The notes: generated by a model not told the origin, from the letters alone. A stretch of DNA of 64,000 nucleotides from Candidatus Hydrogenedentota bacterium (GCA_029974275.1 JARKSN010000313.1:2855-66854), one strand, 5' to 3'; numbered from the stretch's first letter, positions 37,301 through 47,435 are shown. Program-made: numbers and translations.

Positions 37301-37882
37301 CTATCTCTTTCGTTGCAGCCAATTATGAAATGCCAAGGTATTCGGATCGACAACGGTCTTGGTCAGCACGTGGTGGAGTTTTTTTCCAGACACGTATATG
37401 AGTGCGGGCATGAAGCCTTCGTTGGTCAGGATGGCGCGCGCTTCGGCGGCTTCTGGGTGCGTACGCAACGGCTCGGAAAAATCGGCGAAGTAGAGCGCGA
37501 GACCCGTCGTGCTCATTTCGGGATGCCCGGTCGTGTGCCATCGGATCGCGTCGAGCACATCCTCGTCGTCGATGCCCAACACGCGCCGGCATTCTTCCGC
37601 CGAAACAGGGCCATGCAGCAGTTTGGGTTTGCGCAGGGAGACGTCGGACACCGGGATGTCGCACCGGCGCGCCGCCGCCAACAGGTCCTCATCGCTCATG
37701 CCTTTGCACAAATCGTGCAGCAGGCCCGCTTGGACGCACTGCGCCGCGGCGATGCCCACGCGATCGGCGATCGTCAACATGAGTTCCGTGGCGGAGATGC
37801 AATGGTTCGCGGTCTTCTCGCTCAGGCGCGCGCGGATCAGCGAGACGTACTCTTCGGCGCGCGGCACGTCAAGAAGCGGCAT
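37301..37882 (-). CDS. yqeK: YqeK-type HD-domain phosphohydrolase (bis(5'-nucleosyl)-tetraphosphatase family)
   Basis: HCISATELMLTIADR...GLLHDLCK is the HD motif. Conserved nadD-yqeK synteny with a 14-nt overlap with nadD. The ORF-track Cys/Arg-rich N-terminal extension is discarded. Confidence 0.75.
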   Translation of the reverse strand: MPLLDVPRAEEYVSLIRARLSEKTANHCISATELMLTIADRVGIAAAQCVQAGLLHDLCKGMSDEDLLAAARRCDIPVSDVSLRKPKLLHGPVSAEECRRVLGIDDEDVLDAIRWHTTGHPEMSTTGLALYFADFSEPLRTHPEAAEARAILTNEGFMPALIYVSGKKLHHVLTKTVVDPNTLAFHNWLQRKR

Positions 37883-38450
37883 GATAGATGCCTTTCCTGC
37901 GGATGAGTTGCAGCACGGCGGCCGGCAGCAGGTCGCCGAGTTCTCCGCCGTTTTGGATGCGATCGCGGATTTCCGTGGAGGAGAGATCCACCGGCGTGAA
38001 CGGCAACACCGTCGCATAGGGCCGCAGCATCGCGGGGATTTCAAACGCGCCGGGTCTGGGGACGATCAACACGCGCGCGCGCTCGAGAATGCCCCGCGTG
38101 TCGCGCCAAAACGGGAAATCCATGGCCATGTCGAGGCCGACGATCAAAAAAAGCTCTGCGCCGGGGTGCATTCCTTGCAGCGCGCGGAGCGTGTCCACCG
38201 TATAGGACGGCCCTGGCCGGTCCAATTCGACGCGGCTCGCGGTCATCTGGGGCTCGTTTTCGAGGGCGGTTTCGACCATGGCAAGGCGGTCTTCCGCGCA
38301 AGCCGTTGGTCCGTCGCCTTTGTGCGGCGGGCGCGCGGCGACGACAAACAGCACGCGGTCGAGTTGACCCACGGCCAGCGCGGCGCGCGCAATGTCGAGG
38401 TGCGCGTTGTGAATCGGGTCAAAGGTGCCGCCGTAAACGCCTAACCGCAA
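37869..38450 (-). CDS. nadD: Nicotinate-nucleotide adenylyltransferase NadD
   Basis: MRLGVYGGTFDPIHNAHL (the (H/T)xGH nucleotidyltransferase motif) and SSTEIRDRI near the C-terminus. Confidence 0.85.
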   Translation of the reverse strand: MRLGVYGGTFDPIHNAHLDIARAALAVGQLDRVLFVVAARPPHKGDGPTACAEDRLAMVETALENEPQMTASRVELDRPGPSYTVDTLRALQGMHPGAELFLIVGLDMAMDFPFWRDTRGILERARVLIVPRPGAFEIPAMLRPYATVLPFTPVDLSSTEIRDRIQNGGELGDLLPAAVLQLIRRKGIYHAAS

Positions 38451-38454
38451 TGCC

Positions 38455-39726
38455 TTATCCCCGAAGTTGGCCGGAACCGCGCACGATGTATTTCAAGGTG
38501 GTCAGTTCCTTGAGCGCCATCGGCCCGCGGCAATGCAGCTTGTTGGTGCTGATGCCGATCTCGGCGCCCAGTCCAAACTCGAAGCCGTCGGTGAAGCGCG
38601 TCGACGCGTTCACGTACACGGCCGCGCTGTCCACCGCATCGAGAAAGCGTTCCGCCGCCGCGTAGCTTTCCGTGACGATGGCGTCGGAATGGCGCGATCC
38701 GTAGTGATTGATGTGACGGATCGCCTCCTCGAGAGAGCCGACGATCTTGATGGAGAGAATCTTGTCCAGATATTCCGTGCGCCAATCCTCTTCGATGGCG
38801 GGCGTGCAGTCGATGAGGCTTCGCGTGCGCTCGCAACCGCGCAGTTCGCAGCCGCCGTCCTGCAACGCCGCCGCCATGCGCGGCAACGACAACGGCGCGA
38901 TGGCCGCATGCACCAACAAGGTTTCCATGGCGTTGCACGTGCCCGGACGTTGGAGCTTCGCGTTGACGCATATTTTTTCGGCCATGTCCACGTCGGCGTC
39001 ATCGTGAATGTACGTGTGGCACACGCCGTCGAGATGCGCGACGACCGGAATGCGCGACTCCTCATAGATTCGCGCGACAAGACCTTTGCCGCCGCGCGGC
39101 ACGATGACGTCGATGTAGTGATCGAGTTGGAGCATCTCGCCGACGGCCGCGCGATCGGTCGTGTCGATAATCTGGACGGCGTGTTGCGGCGCGCCGGCTT
39201 CGACGGCTCCGTCGATGAAAATGCGCGCGATGGCGAGGTTCGAATGAATGGCCTCCGACCCGCCGCGCAGAATGCACGCGTTGCCGGACTTCAAGCACAG
39301 CGCCGCCGCATCGGCGGTTACGTTGGGGCGGCTCTCGTAGATAATGCCCACCACGCCCAGCGGCACGCGAATCTGCGCGATGCGCATGCCGTTGGGGTGC
39401 ACGTATTGATGCGTCACGTCTCCCACGGGATCGGGCAACGCCGCCACGACTTCGAGTCCCTCGGCCATCGCGTCAATCCGTTTATCGGTCAGTTCGAGAC
39501 GGTCGAGCATCGCCGCCGACAGGCCTTTGGCGCGGCCTGCCTCGAGGTCCTTGGCGTTTTCCGCGCGGAGAACTTCCTTGTTCGCCCGCAGGCGTTTTGC
39601 GACGGCCGACAACGCGGCGTTTTTCACGGACACCGACAACGATCGCAACGTGTCCGCGGCGTCGCGCGCCTGCCGTCCGATGGATTCCATGCGATCTTTC
39701 AAAGCCGAATTTTCTACGTGCGCCAT
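38455..39726 (-). CDS. proA: Gamma-glutamyl phosphate reductase ProA
   Basis: Aldehyde-dehydrogenase-fold ProA motifs: [36 protein letters not shown] and catalytic Cys context [16 protein letters not shown]. Confidence 0.85.
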   Translation of the reverse strand: MAHVENSALKDRMESIGRQARDAADTLRSLSVSVKNAALSAVAKRLRANKEVLRAENAKDLEAGRAKGLSAAMLDRLELTDKRIDAMAEGLEVVAALPDPVGDVTHQYVHPNGMRIAQIRVPLGVVGIIYESRPNVTADAAALCLKSGNACILRGGSEAIHSNLAIARIFIDGAVEAGAPQHAVQIIDTTDRAAVGEMLQLDHYIDVIVPRGGKGLVARIYEESRIPVVAHLDGVCHTYIHDDADVDMAEKICVNAKLQRPGTCNAMETLLVHAAIAPLSLPRMAAALQDGGCELRGCERTRSLIDCTPAIEEDWRTEYLDKILSIKIVGSLEEAIRHINHYGSRHSDAIVTESYAAAERFLDAVDSAAVYVNASTRFTDGFEFGLGAEIGISTNKLHCRGPMALKELTTLKYIVRGSGQLRG

Positions 39727-39822
39727 CCTGCTTGCTCCTCAAGGAATGCGCCGGCCTTCGCTGGCGCCTTTCATGAATCTTGCCTGCATCTTGCGGACGG
39801 CGCGTCGTTGCGAACCTGCGCG

Positions 39823-39996
39823 CTACGCGCCGCCGTTTCCATTCGAGAATTCCTTCAGCCGGGCCAGCATGCGCTTGATGTCGAGCGCGCCTTTGACGGC
39901 CACGAAAACGGTGATGCACGCGTACCACAAGAGCGCGGCAACGGTCAGCGCCAGCCAGAAATATTGAAGCGCGGGAACGGGCATGCTCTGTTCCAT
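39823..39996 (-). CDS. 57-aa single-pass membrane protein translationally coupled to the sodium:solute symporter
   Basis: ATG begins 2 nt after the symporter stop. MEQSMPVPALQYFWLALTVAALLWYACITVFVAVKGAL has one TM helix. No family recognised. Confidence 0.35.
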   Translation of the reverse strand: MEQSMPVPALQYFWLALTVAALLWYACITVFVAVKGALDIKRMLARLKEFSNGNGGA

Positions 39997-39998
39997 GG

Positions 39999-41552
39999 CT
40001 ATGCGGCCTCCTCGCCTTTCACGGCGATCTTGAGGTAGGAGCCAATCACCATCGCCAGCCCCGCGGCAACATAGGCCGCGATGCCGGGGATGTATGGACC
40101 AAGCCTCTCGGCAAAGGCTTCCGTCGCCGGGACTTTCTGCAACACCAAGAAACCCACCGGAAACACGGCGCCGCAGATTATCGCGCCCAAGGCTCCCCAG
40201 TTGTTCGAGCGTTTCCAGTAGCAACACGCGATGAGCAACGCCGACATGCTGGACAGGTAGACGGTGCCCGTCAAGCCGAGGTAGGTCCACACGTCGCCTT
40301 TGATCTCGTACCACAATCCGTAAAACATCAAGAACAAGCCGATCGCGCCCACCAGAATGCGGTTCGCGCCCAAACGTTTCCGCTCGGTCCACTTCGCCTT
40401 GCGCTTGCGCGAAAGGATGTCGTTGTAAATCACGCTGGCCCACGTCAACATGTAGGAGGAGTCCGTCGACATTTCCGCCGCCAGCATCGAGGCGATGAGA
40501 ATGCCCATCAGCCCCACGGGAACGATGCTGGCCAGCAACATCGGCATCGCGACGGTTGTGTCGCTCGCGGGCACCACGCCCGAGGGAAGCGTCGCCAAGG
40601 CCGCGATGCCCCACAGCCCCGGCAGCAAGCACGCGCACACCGTAAAGAAGCACGATGCGGAATAGATGCGGCGGCTCGTGGCGGAGTCCTTCGCGGCAAG
40701 CAGACGTTGAATTTTCGTTTGCCAGGTGAGCATGGCCGCCGTCTGCAAGAGCAGATTGAACCCGATATATTGCCACCCCATCTTCGGGTGCGCGATGGGA
40801 TTGAAGCCGCCCTCGCCGTAGTGCTCCATCACGGTCGCGGTCAGCTTGCCCCAGCCGACGTCCCGGAGGATGAGGACCGTCACGAGAAGCAGGCCGATGC
40901 TCATCACGACGAACTGAAGGAAATCGGTCACCAGCACCGAAAGCATTCCGCCCATGATTGTGTATGTCGCCACGGCTATCAGCAGGCCGGTCATGGTCAA
41001 CTCAAGATAATGCGCCCCTGCCCAGGCCATTAACGCATTCATCCACGAAGGCGAGGCGGCGGCCTCGGCGGCGCGGGCGGCCGCTTGGCCGCTGATCCCG
41101 AAGACATGGACGAGAAAATTGCCGCCCATGCGCAGAAAAACGCCCATGTTGAGCAGTCCGCCCAAAATAATCACGACGCCGCTCAAGCGGCGTATGCCAT
41201 ACCCGAAACGTCGCTCCAACAATTCGGGGATGGTGATGACCCCCGCGTCCCGTAACGGCTTCACGCAAAAGCCCGTCAGCCCGATGAACAGCATGGCCGC
41301 CGCGCCCAGAATGCCGACGACGGCTCCGGAAAAGCCCTTGTCGTAGCCGTTCTGCGCCATGTACATGCACGTGACAATGCCGAATTCCGTGGCGGACAAC
41401 GAAGCGATTCCCAGCGACAGCCCCATCTCGCGGCCCGCAACCAGGAAATGCTCCACTTTGCCCACGAACTTGCGCACGGCAATGCCCGCGAACATCGTCC
41501 CAACGAGATAAACGGCCACAATGGCCCAATCCAAACCCGAAAAATGCGACAT
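39999..41552 (-). CDS. Sodium:solute symporter family (SSS) transporter
   Basis: 13-TM topology and SSS family motifs (MSHFSGLDWAIVAVYLVGTMFAGIAVRKF..., GREMGLSLGIASLSATEFG). Confidence 0.8.
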   Translation of the reverse strand: MSHFSGLDWAIVAVYLVGTMFAGIAVRKFVGKVEHFLVAGREMGLSLGIASLSATEFGIVTCMYMAQNGYDKGFSGAVVGILGAAAMLFIGLTGFCVKPLRDAGVITIPELLERRFGYGIRRLSGVVIILGGLLNMGVFLRMGGNFLVHVFGISGQAAARAAEAAASPSWMNALMAWAGAHYLELTMTGLLIAVATYTIMGGMLSVLVTDFLQFVVMSIGLLLVTVLILRDVGWGKLTATVMEHYGEGGFNPIAHPKMGWQYIGFNLLLQTAAMLTWQTKIQRLLAAKDSATSRRIYSASCFFTVCACLLPGLWGIAALATLPSGVVPASDTTVAMPMLLASIVPVGLMGILIASMLAAEMSTDSSYMLTWASVIYNDILSRKRKAKWTERKRLGANRILVGAIGLFLMFYGLWYEIKGDVWTYLGLTGTVYLSSMSALLIACCYWKRSNNWGALGAIICGAVFPVGFLVLQKVPATEAFAERLGPYIPGIAAYVAAGLAMVIGSYLKIAVKGEEAA

Positions 41553-41683
41553 AAGATTCCTCGCCTTGCGGACAGTCCGCCCTCGTTTCGCGGGTATATG
41601 ACCGCGCCACTGTATCCCTTTCAGGACACGGTATCAACCCGAAATCGATCCCCCAAACACGATTTCAAACGCCATGGCGCGCA

Positions 41684-42547
41684 TCATGCCTGCGCGAAAT
41701 GCTTCGCCTCCATGCGCTTCAAGAAGGCCAGTCCCTCGCGCAACAAGTCATCGCTTGAAGACGCAAGTCGGCGCCAGATGCACGTGGCCGCCGCCATCGC
41801 CGGCGAGACCTCGCAGAAAGATTCGAGGCCCGCCACGCCGGCGTATCCGGCCTCCGCCAAGGCCCCGAAGATGCCGTCCCAATCGACGACGCCCGTGCCG
41901 GGCGCGCCGCGATGACTCTCGCTGAGGTGGAAATGGCACAAATACGGCGCGGCTTTTTGCGTGGGGCCGCGAAAATCGGCCTCCTCGATGTTCATGTGGT
42001 ATGCGTCGAGATGAACGGCCACGTTCGGTTCGCCGATCAGCTCTCGTAGTCGCAACGCTTGATCGCAGGTGTTGACCAGGAACGACTCGTACCGGTTGAT
42101 GGGCTCAATGCCGACGGTCACGCCCAAGTCCCGGGCGTGCCGCGCCGTTTCCTTCAATGCCGCCGCCGCCCAATCCCAATGCCGCTGCTCCGGAAAACCG
42201 GTTATTCTCCGTCCTATGGCCGAATAAACAACCCCGGAAAAGGTCGTCGCGCCCATCCTGGCCGTCGCCTCGACGCACGCCTTGAGATACTCCACGCTGC
42301 GCCGCCGCACGCCTGGATCATCCGCCGTCGGATCGGTCGCTTCGCTGCACGCTGTCGACGCGCACACCCCGATGCCGGCGTCCGCCGCCGCCGCCCGAAT
42401 GGCCGCCGCATCGATCTTTTCGATCTCCATCAACGGAATCTCGATGAGATCAAACCCCAACGCCTTGGCATGCGCGATTAAATGCAGCGTCTCGTTCGAC
42501 CAGCTTGTCGTCCATGCATACGCATGGACCGCGTACCGAATCCCCAT
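41684..42547 (-). CDS. Sugar phosphate isomerase/epimerase (xylose-isomerase-like TIM barrel)
   Basis: MGIRYAVHAYAW...GFDLIEIPL...GIEPINRYES...HLDAYHMNIEE: AP-endonuclease-2/xylose-isomerase-like TIM-barrel metal ligands. Upstream ORF-track extension discarded. Confidence 0.7.
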   Translation of the reverse strand: MGIRYAVHAYAWTTSWSNETLHLIAHAKALGFDLIEIPLMEIEKIDAAAIRAAAADAGIGVCASTACSEATDPTADDPGVRRRSVEYLKACVEATARMGATTFSGVVYSAIGRRITGFPEQRHWDWAAAALKETARHARDLGVTVGIEPINRYESFLVNTCDQALRLRELIGEPNVAVHLDAYHMNIEEADFRGPTQKAAPYLCHFHLSESHRGAPGTGVVDWDGIFGALAEAGYAGVAGLESFCEVSPAMAAATCIWRRLASSSDDLLREGLAFLKRMEAKHFAQA

Positions 42548-42686
42548 GACTCCCTTCCCTTTCCGCCCCCCCGATCGACCCATCGGAAAACCCCATGCCG
42601 CATAAACTATCCGCTCTTCCAGGGCTCCTGTCAAGAACGGACCCTGCCGGTTGACGCGTTCGGAACGCGCCGGTAAACTGCGCCCT

Positions 42687-43391
42687 ATGAAACCGGATGC
42701 GATCATCGTCTTGCCTGCCTACAACGAAGCTGTCCGCATCGGGGAAATCGTGCATGCCGTGCGCGCGGCCATGCCGGACGCGGACGTCGTCGTGGTGAAC
42801 GACGGATCGAGCGACGACACCGGAACGCGAGCGCGGGAAGCCGGAGCCATCGTGTTGCCGCTTCCCTTCAACATGGGCTATGGCGTGGCGCTTCAAACCG
42901 GTTACAAATACGCCCTCGAAAAAGGCTATGCCTATCTCGTGCAACTCGACGCGGACGGCCAGCACGATCCCCGCGGGATGGCGCCGTTGCTCGATCGCGT
43001 GCGGTCGGGCGCGTGCGACGTGTGCCTCGGGTCGCGCTTTCTCGAAGGCGACACCTACCGCGTGCCGTTTGCCCGGCGTGCGGGCATGTACTTGTTCCGG
43101 CGCATCGCGACGGCCCTGATCGGCGCGACCATCACCGACCCCACCAGCGGATTTCAAGCGATGAACCGCCGCGTCGTCGCGTTTTTCTGCCGCGACCTGT
43201 ACCCCGTCGACTACCCCGACACGGACGTGCTCGTGTTGCTCCACCACAGCGGCTTTCGCATCGCCGAATGCCCCGTGGTGATGTACGCCGGGCAACAAGA
43301 GAAATCCATCCATGCCGGGTTGCGGCCCGTGTACTACCTGTTCAAAATGGCGCTGGACATTCCCCTCAACCTTCTGCGCCGGGAGAAATAA
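42687..43391 (+). CDS. Family-2 glycosyltransferase (polyprenyl-phosphate sugar transferase, GtrB/DPM1-like)
   Basis: MKPDAIIVLPAYNEA...VVVVNDGSSDDT...LVQLDADGQHDP: GT2 DXD and QxxRW-less short form typical of polyprenyl-phosphate glycosyltransferases. Confidence 0.8.
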   Translation: MKPDAIIVLPAYNEAVRIGEIVHAVRAAMPDADVVVVNDGSSDDTGTRAREAGAIVLPLPFNMGYGVALQTGYKYALEKGYAYLVQLDADGQHDPRGMAPLLDRVRSGACDVCLGSRFLEGDTYRVPFARRAGMYLFRRIATALIGATITDPTSGFQAMNRRVVAFFCRDLYPVDYPDTDVLVLLHHSGFRIAECPVVMYAGQQEKSIHAGLRPVYYLFKMALDIPLNLLRREK

Positions 43392-43394
43392 GCC

Positions 43395-43766
43395 ATGGAC
43401 ATCCGTCAAAAAGTCCTCGCGGTGGCGTGCGGCGCTGCTCTCATGATCACCATCATCGAACTCGTGCGACGCCGCAAACTCAAGGAAGAATACTCCTGGC
43501 TGTGGCTGCTCGCCGGCGCGACCATCCTCGTGATAGGCCTTCACTATCCATTGCTCGTGTGGATCACCAAGTTCGTCGGCGCGGGCTTCACGTCCTCGAC
43601 GCTCTTCTTCTTCGGCCTGTTCTTCCTGCTCGCCCTCGCCCTGCAATTCAGCGTCAAAATTTCCAGCCTCGAGACCCAACTCAAGAACCTCGCACAAAAG
43701 GTCGCCCTGCAAAACGCCCAGGAACCCGCCCAGACTCCGGAGGACATGAACCGGCCAAAGGAATAA
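43395..43766 (+). CDS. DUF2304-family small membrane protein (GT2-associated)
   Basis: Starts 4 nt after the GT2 stop. Three TM segments and C-terminal coiled-coil-like SLETQLKNLAQKVALQ, as in DUF2304 proteins that accompany GtrB-like GT2 genes. Confidence 0.6.
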   Translation: MDIRQKVLAVACGAALMITIIELVRRRKLKEEYSWLWLLAGATILVIGLHYPLLVWITKFVGAGFTSSTLFFFGLFFLLALALQFSVKISSLETQLKNLAQKVALQNAQEPAQTPEDMNRPKE

Positions 43767-43795
43767 TTGCCCTTGTTTGGACGTGAAGGTTGGCT

Positions 43796-44935
43796 TTACG
43801 GAGCCGGTCGCGACGTCGCGCCGCGATACTCCAGTTCGCAGCAGCCTTGGCAGATGCAGTAGACGCCTTTCTTGAGGCGGTTGCGCAGGGCGCGCATGCG
43901 GGGGCCGTTCCAGAGTTCGCGCATGGACTGTTCGCGGACGTTGCCGACCTTGCCCGGCAGGCAGGCATACGCGTCGCCTTTGCAGCCGATCATGAAGTTG
44001 GTCCAGGGCGACCGGCATTCGAAACGGCGCAGGTCGAGCCCGCCGTCGTAGTACTGGAGAAGTTCCTCGCGCGGCATGGTGGGCAGGCGCAGGCCGATGC
44101 CGGCCCGGTCGGCGGCGGCGCGGGTCGCGTCGAGGCAGCGCGTCAACGCCGCGCGCTCGATACGCGGCAACCGCGCCAGGTCGATCGTCAACGTGTCCGG
44201 GTCGGTGGCGCCGACGCCGGGAACGCTGGGGATGCACATCTCGATCGCGAGGTTCAGCACGTTCGCGCCGGCCTTGGCAATGAGCGCGGGCAGTTCCGGC
44301 AGGGCGTCCAGATTGGCGTTCTGGATCACCGCCGTCACGTGGATTAGCGGACATTGCTTGCCCAGCTTCTCGCGCGCGCGCGTGAGGGCGCGCATCGCCG
44401 CAAGGGTCCGGTCGAACGCGCCTTCCGCGGTGAGTTTGTCGTGCAGGTCGCGCGGGCCTTCGAGCGAGAAACCCGCGAACGCCAGCCCCTTGCCCATGGG
44501 CGTCTTCGGGGCGAGGCGCGCACACAGCGCGGCATTCTCGTCCGAGAGGCGCGTGCCGTTCGTGATGAAATGCACCCGCCGCTTGCGCGCGGCGTGTTCG
44601 AGGAGCGTGACGAAGTCCTCGCGCACCCACGGCTCGCCCCCGGTGAAGGTGATCAGCCCGTACGGTACCGTCTCGTCGATCAGACGCAACCACTCCTCGG
44701 TGGTCAGTTCGCCTTCCCGCTGTTGTTCCGGCGAATTCTGGCGGTACCACTCCAGGTATTGGCACATCGCGCAGCGCAGGTTGCACCGCCGCGTCACTTC
44801 AAAAAAATAGTGCCATGCTGGAAAGGCTTTTCCCTGCGTCGACCAATGATACGGCGCCGCGCTGTACAGGCGCGTCGCCAACCGGTACAGCGATCCAAGA
44901 CTCATGGGACGATTTTCAGAAGCCGTCTGCGCCAT
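43796..44935 (-). CDS. Radical SAM enzyme with C-terminal SPASM domain
   Basis: CNLRCAMCQY CxxxCxxC cluster and GGEP SAM-binding motif. C-terminal Cys-rich CRSPW...GCKGDAYACLPG...CICQGCC (SPASM auxiliary cluster). Confidence 0.8.
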   Translation of the reverse strand: MAQTASENRPMSLGSLYRLATRLYSAAPYHWSTQGKAFPAWHYFFEVTRRCNLRCAMCQYLEWYRQNSPEQQREGELTTEEWLRLIDETVPYGLITFTGGEPWVREDFVTLLEHAARKRRVHFITNGTRLSDENAALCARLAPKTPMGKGLAFAGFSLEGPRDLHDKLTAEGAFDRTLAAMRALTRAREKLGKQCPLIHVTAVIQNANLDALPELPALIAKAGANVLNLAIEMCIPSVPGVGATDPDTLTIDLARLPRIERAALTRCLDATRAAADRAGIGLRLPTMPREELLQYYDGGLDLRRFECRSPWTNFMIGCKGDAYACLPGKVGNVREQSMRELWNGPRMRALRNRLKKGVYCICQGCCELEYRGATSRPAP

Positions 44936-45022
44936 CCTTCTCGCTCTCCGTTTCAGAACGCGAACGCGAAAGCCAAGTGTAGCACGCCGGATCGCGCGGT
45001 CCCAATCGGGCGGGCGCCAAGG

Positions 45023-45451
45023 CTATGCGTCGGGATTTTTGCCCGCGCGTTTGGGAGGCGAAATCTTCATCAGCGCGATGAGAAAGGCCCCGAGCAAGGC
45101 CCCGAACGCGGCATATTGGAGCGATCCCAGCACGCCGAAGAACAGCAGCACGCTGACGAACTCATTCCGAAACGCCGCATCGGCGGCCAGCGCAAAGACG
45201 TCGTATCCCAACGAAAGCGGCATGTCCATCCCCCGGAACAAAAGATAGGCGAACAACACGCCGCCGCCGCCCCATGCCAGCGAGAACAAGGAGGAGACCA
45301 GGCAAAGCGTCATCACCGCCGCGAAGTGCGCCGCGCCCACGAGAAAGGCAAGCCTTCGCGGCGACCGTCGCGTCGGATCGGACAGATAGACGCCCGCAAC
45401 GCCTATCAGCAAAAACATGCCCATCGGAAATCCAACGTATTCCATCATCAT
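45023..45451 (-). CDS. Hypothetical 4-TM membrane protein
   Basis: Four hydrophobic helices. No family recognised. Sits between the GH-like gene and the rSAM gene on the same strand. Confidence 0.4.
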   Translation of the reverse strand: MMMEYVGFPMGMFLLIGVAGVYLSDPTRRSPRRLAFLVGAAHFAAVMTLCLVSSLFSLAWGGGGVLFAYLLFRGMDMPLSLGYDVFALAADAAFRNEFVSVLLFFGVLGSLQYAAFGALLGAFLIALMKISPPKRAGKNPDA

Positions 45452-45491
45452 GTCGTCCTTGCGCGGCGCCGCTCAACGGGCGTCCGGAAAA

Positions 45492-47294
45492 TCATTCCGT
45501 CCGGTACACATAGCGGAACCGCGCATTGGGCGCGGCGTCCCCGTTGAGAAGGAAGGCGTCTGTATCGTCCGGCATCTGGAAGTTATCCGCCCATTTGAAC
45601 GAGAGGCGCAGGGGGGCCTCTCCCTCGGGCAGGCCCAATGACGCCCGAGACGCGATCAGCATGACTTCGTTGCCTGCGACGCGGAGTTGCGCCTCTCCCG
45701 CGGGTTGCCAGTTCCAGCCGTTGCGGGTGCGTTCGAGCACGCTTGTCTTGGCGTCCTTGATCTGGCGGTTGACCGCGAAATCAAAGCCCTGCCATCCGGT
45801 GGCGGGGTTGTTGTCGCTGTCGATGAACAGCACCATCCAATCCGGGTCCGTGGACGGCGAGAGCGGATCGCGCGTTTTCGCATAGAAATACAGATTCGCC
45901 GCGTCACGGGCGACTTTCGCCAACACGATGTCATTGCGGCCGGTGTTGTTTACATAGCGCGTGGCGGTGTTGTAGCCCGGATGATCGCGGTGAAACACAT
46001 CGCCGATGCCGTCGCGGTATTCCGGACCTACGTCCTCCCACGCGCCGAATCCAGCGTCCAGATCGATGGTCTTCGGCGCGGACGCAACGGGCAGTGGGCG
46101 CACGCCCTTGTATTTCCGGACGTAATCGACAAGTTGGTAGTAATAGTTGTCGCCGTGGCCGCCCTTCATTGGTTCAATGTCGCGACTGTTCTCCTGATCG
46201 AACGCGTCCACAAACATCACCGGCAGCTTCTTGCCGTTGAATTCCTGAAAACGCCCGGCGATCCACTCGTTCCATCCCGTCACAAACACCGTACGCGGGT
46301 CTTCGCGCAGCGCGCGCTCCCATTGCTCCGCGAAATTGTAGCCGTGCAACACCGCGTCGGGGCGCGTGTCGTCGCGGCCGTCGTGAAAACTGCGCCCGCG
46401 CGAGGTGGGCTCGGACATTGTCCCGAGGCGCAGGCCGCGTTCATCCGTCACGGCGTTCTGCGCGACGCCCACCGACATCTGCTCCTTCTCGCCCTTGCTG
46501 TTGCGGAACACATGCTGCGGGTAGACCTCGAGCCAACTCCACATGTCCGGCGCGATGGGGCCCATGAAATAATCGGGCTGCGGCCAGCGGAAGGTGAAGA
46601 AATCGTGCAGTTCCGGCTCGACCTGTTCCTTGTTCGCCAGGATGAGCGGCTTGCCCTCCCACTGAAACCAAAGGTCCTTGTGAATGCCCTTACTGTAAAG
46701 ATCATCGTATATCTCGCGGACGGTCGTCTTGGGGTCCCAAAACGGCGTCAGGAACGCAATCTGCGGCACGCGGTTGCCGGCCTGTTGCACGGCGTGGAAC
46801 GCTTCCAGCAACGCCATATACTGCTGCTTGTACGTGACGCGGTTGCTCGTGTCAAAAACAATGGCGTCCACGCCGGCGTCGGCAAGCATCTGGGCATGCT
46901 TGCGCAACACCCACGGATCGTCGGTAAGGTAGTAGCCAAACAACGCCTCGCCCCAATGGTGCGGCGCATGCAGCGGGCCCCACAGCGGACTGTCGGACTT
47001 GTTCATGGCATCGGGGTCCATGCGCAGAATCCGCGTGACGTCCCACGGCCCTCCGTTCGCATGCGGGCCAAGCCACAGAAAATAAAACATACAGACATAA
47101 CGTCCAGGACTATACGGTCGCGCCGTGTCGGCCATGGCCACGGCGCGCCCCAGCGCATCCGTCGCGGCCCACGTGTCGCTGAAGACATCCCGTGCGGGGG
47201 CCGCATCTCCTTCGGCCATCGCCCCAACGGCGGCAAACAAAATAACCGCCGCCCCCACAACAAGCGCTATGCCGCCTCTTCGTTGTCCTTGCAT
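45492..47294 (-). CDS. Secreted glycoside-hydrolase-like protein (TIM-barrel, GH99/GH71-like) with C-terminal beta-sandwich domain
   Basis: Signal peptide MQGQRRGGIALVVGAAVILFAAVGAMA. Trp-rich catalytic-barrel-like motifs (FYFLWLGPH, VFVTGWNEWIAG, VDAFDQENSRDIEP). Family assignment tentative. Confidence 0.5.
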   Translation of the reverse strand: MQGQRRGGIALVVGAAVILFAAVGAMAEGDAAPARDVFSDTWAATDALGRAVAMADTARPYSPGRYVCMFYFLWLGPHANGGPWDVTRILRMDPDAMNKSDSPLWGPLHAPHHWGEALFGYYLTDDPWVLRKHAQMLADAGVDAIVFDTSNRVTYKQQYMALLEAFHAVQQAGNRVPQIAFLTPFWDPKTTVREIYDDLYSKGIHKDLWFQWEGKPLILANKEQVEPELHDFFTFRWPQPDYFMGPIAPDMWSWLEVYPQHVFRNSKGEKEQMSVGVAQNAVTDERGLRLGTMSEPTSRGRSFHDGRDDTRPDAVLHGYNFAEQWERALREDPRTVFVTGWNEWIAGRFQEFNGKKLPVMFVDAFDQENSRDIEPMKGGHGDNYYYQLVDYVRKYKGVRPLPVASAPKTIDLDAGFGAWEDVGPEYRDGIGDVFHRDHPGYNTATRYVNNTGRNDIVLAKVARDAANLYFYAKTRDPLSPSTDPDWMVLFIDSDNNPATGWQGFDFAVNRQIKDAKTSVLERTRNGWNWQPAGEAQLRVAGNEVMLIASRASLGLPEGEAPLRLSFKWADNFQMPDDTDAFLLNGDAAPNARFRYVYRTE

Positions 47295-47408
47295 GATCCG
47301 TCTCCTTGCCGATCGGCCCCTCGCATTTCGCTTCGCATCATACCATTCCGCAAGGAAAATCAAGAACGAGACCCCAAGGTTTCTGTTCCAGGCTGGAATT
47401 TATCCCCA

Positions 47409-47435
47409 TTGACAATTTTCTAGTTAGGGTATAAA
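47409..47435 (+). promoter_or_regulatory. Sigma-70-like promoter upstream of the TSP3-repeat protein gene
   Basis: TTGACA - 15 nt - TATAAA in the divergent intergenic region, about 210 nt upstream of the ATG at 47645. Confidence 0.35.

Noticed and set aside
42450-44786. 778-aa minus-strand ORF spanning GT2, DUF2304 and part of the rSAM gene
   Set aside because: Crosses three independently supported genes on both strands. Extreme Arg/Pro/His bias. GC artefact.
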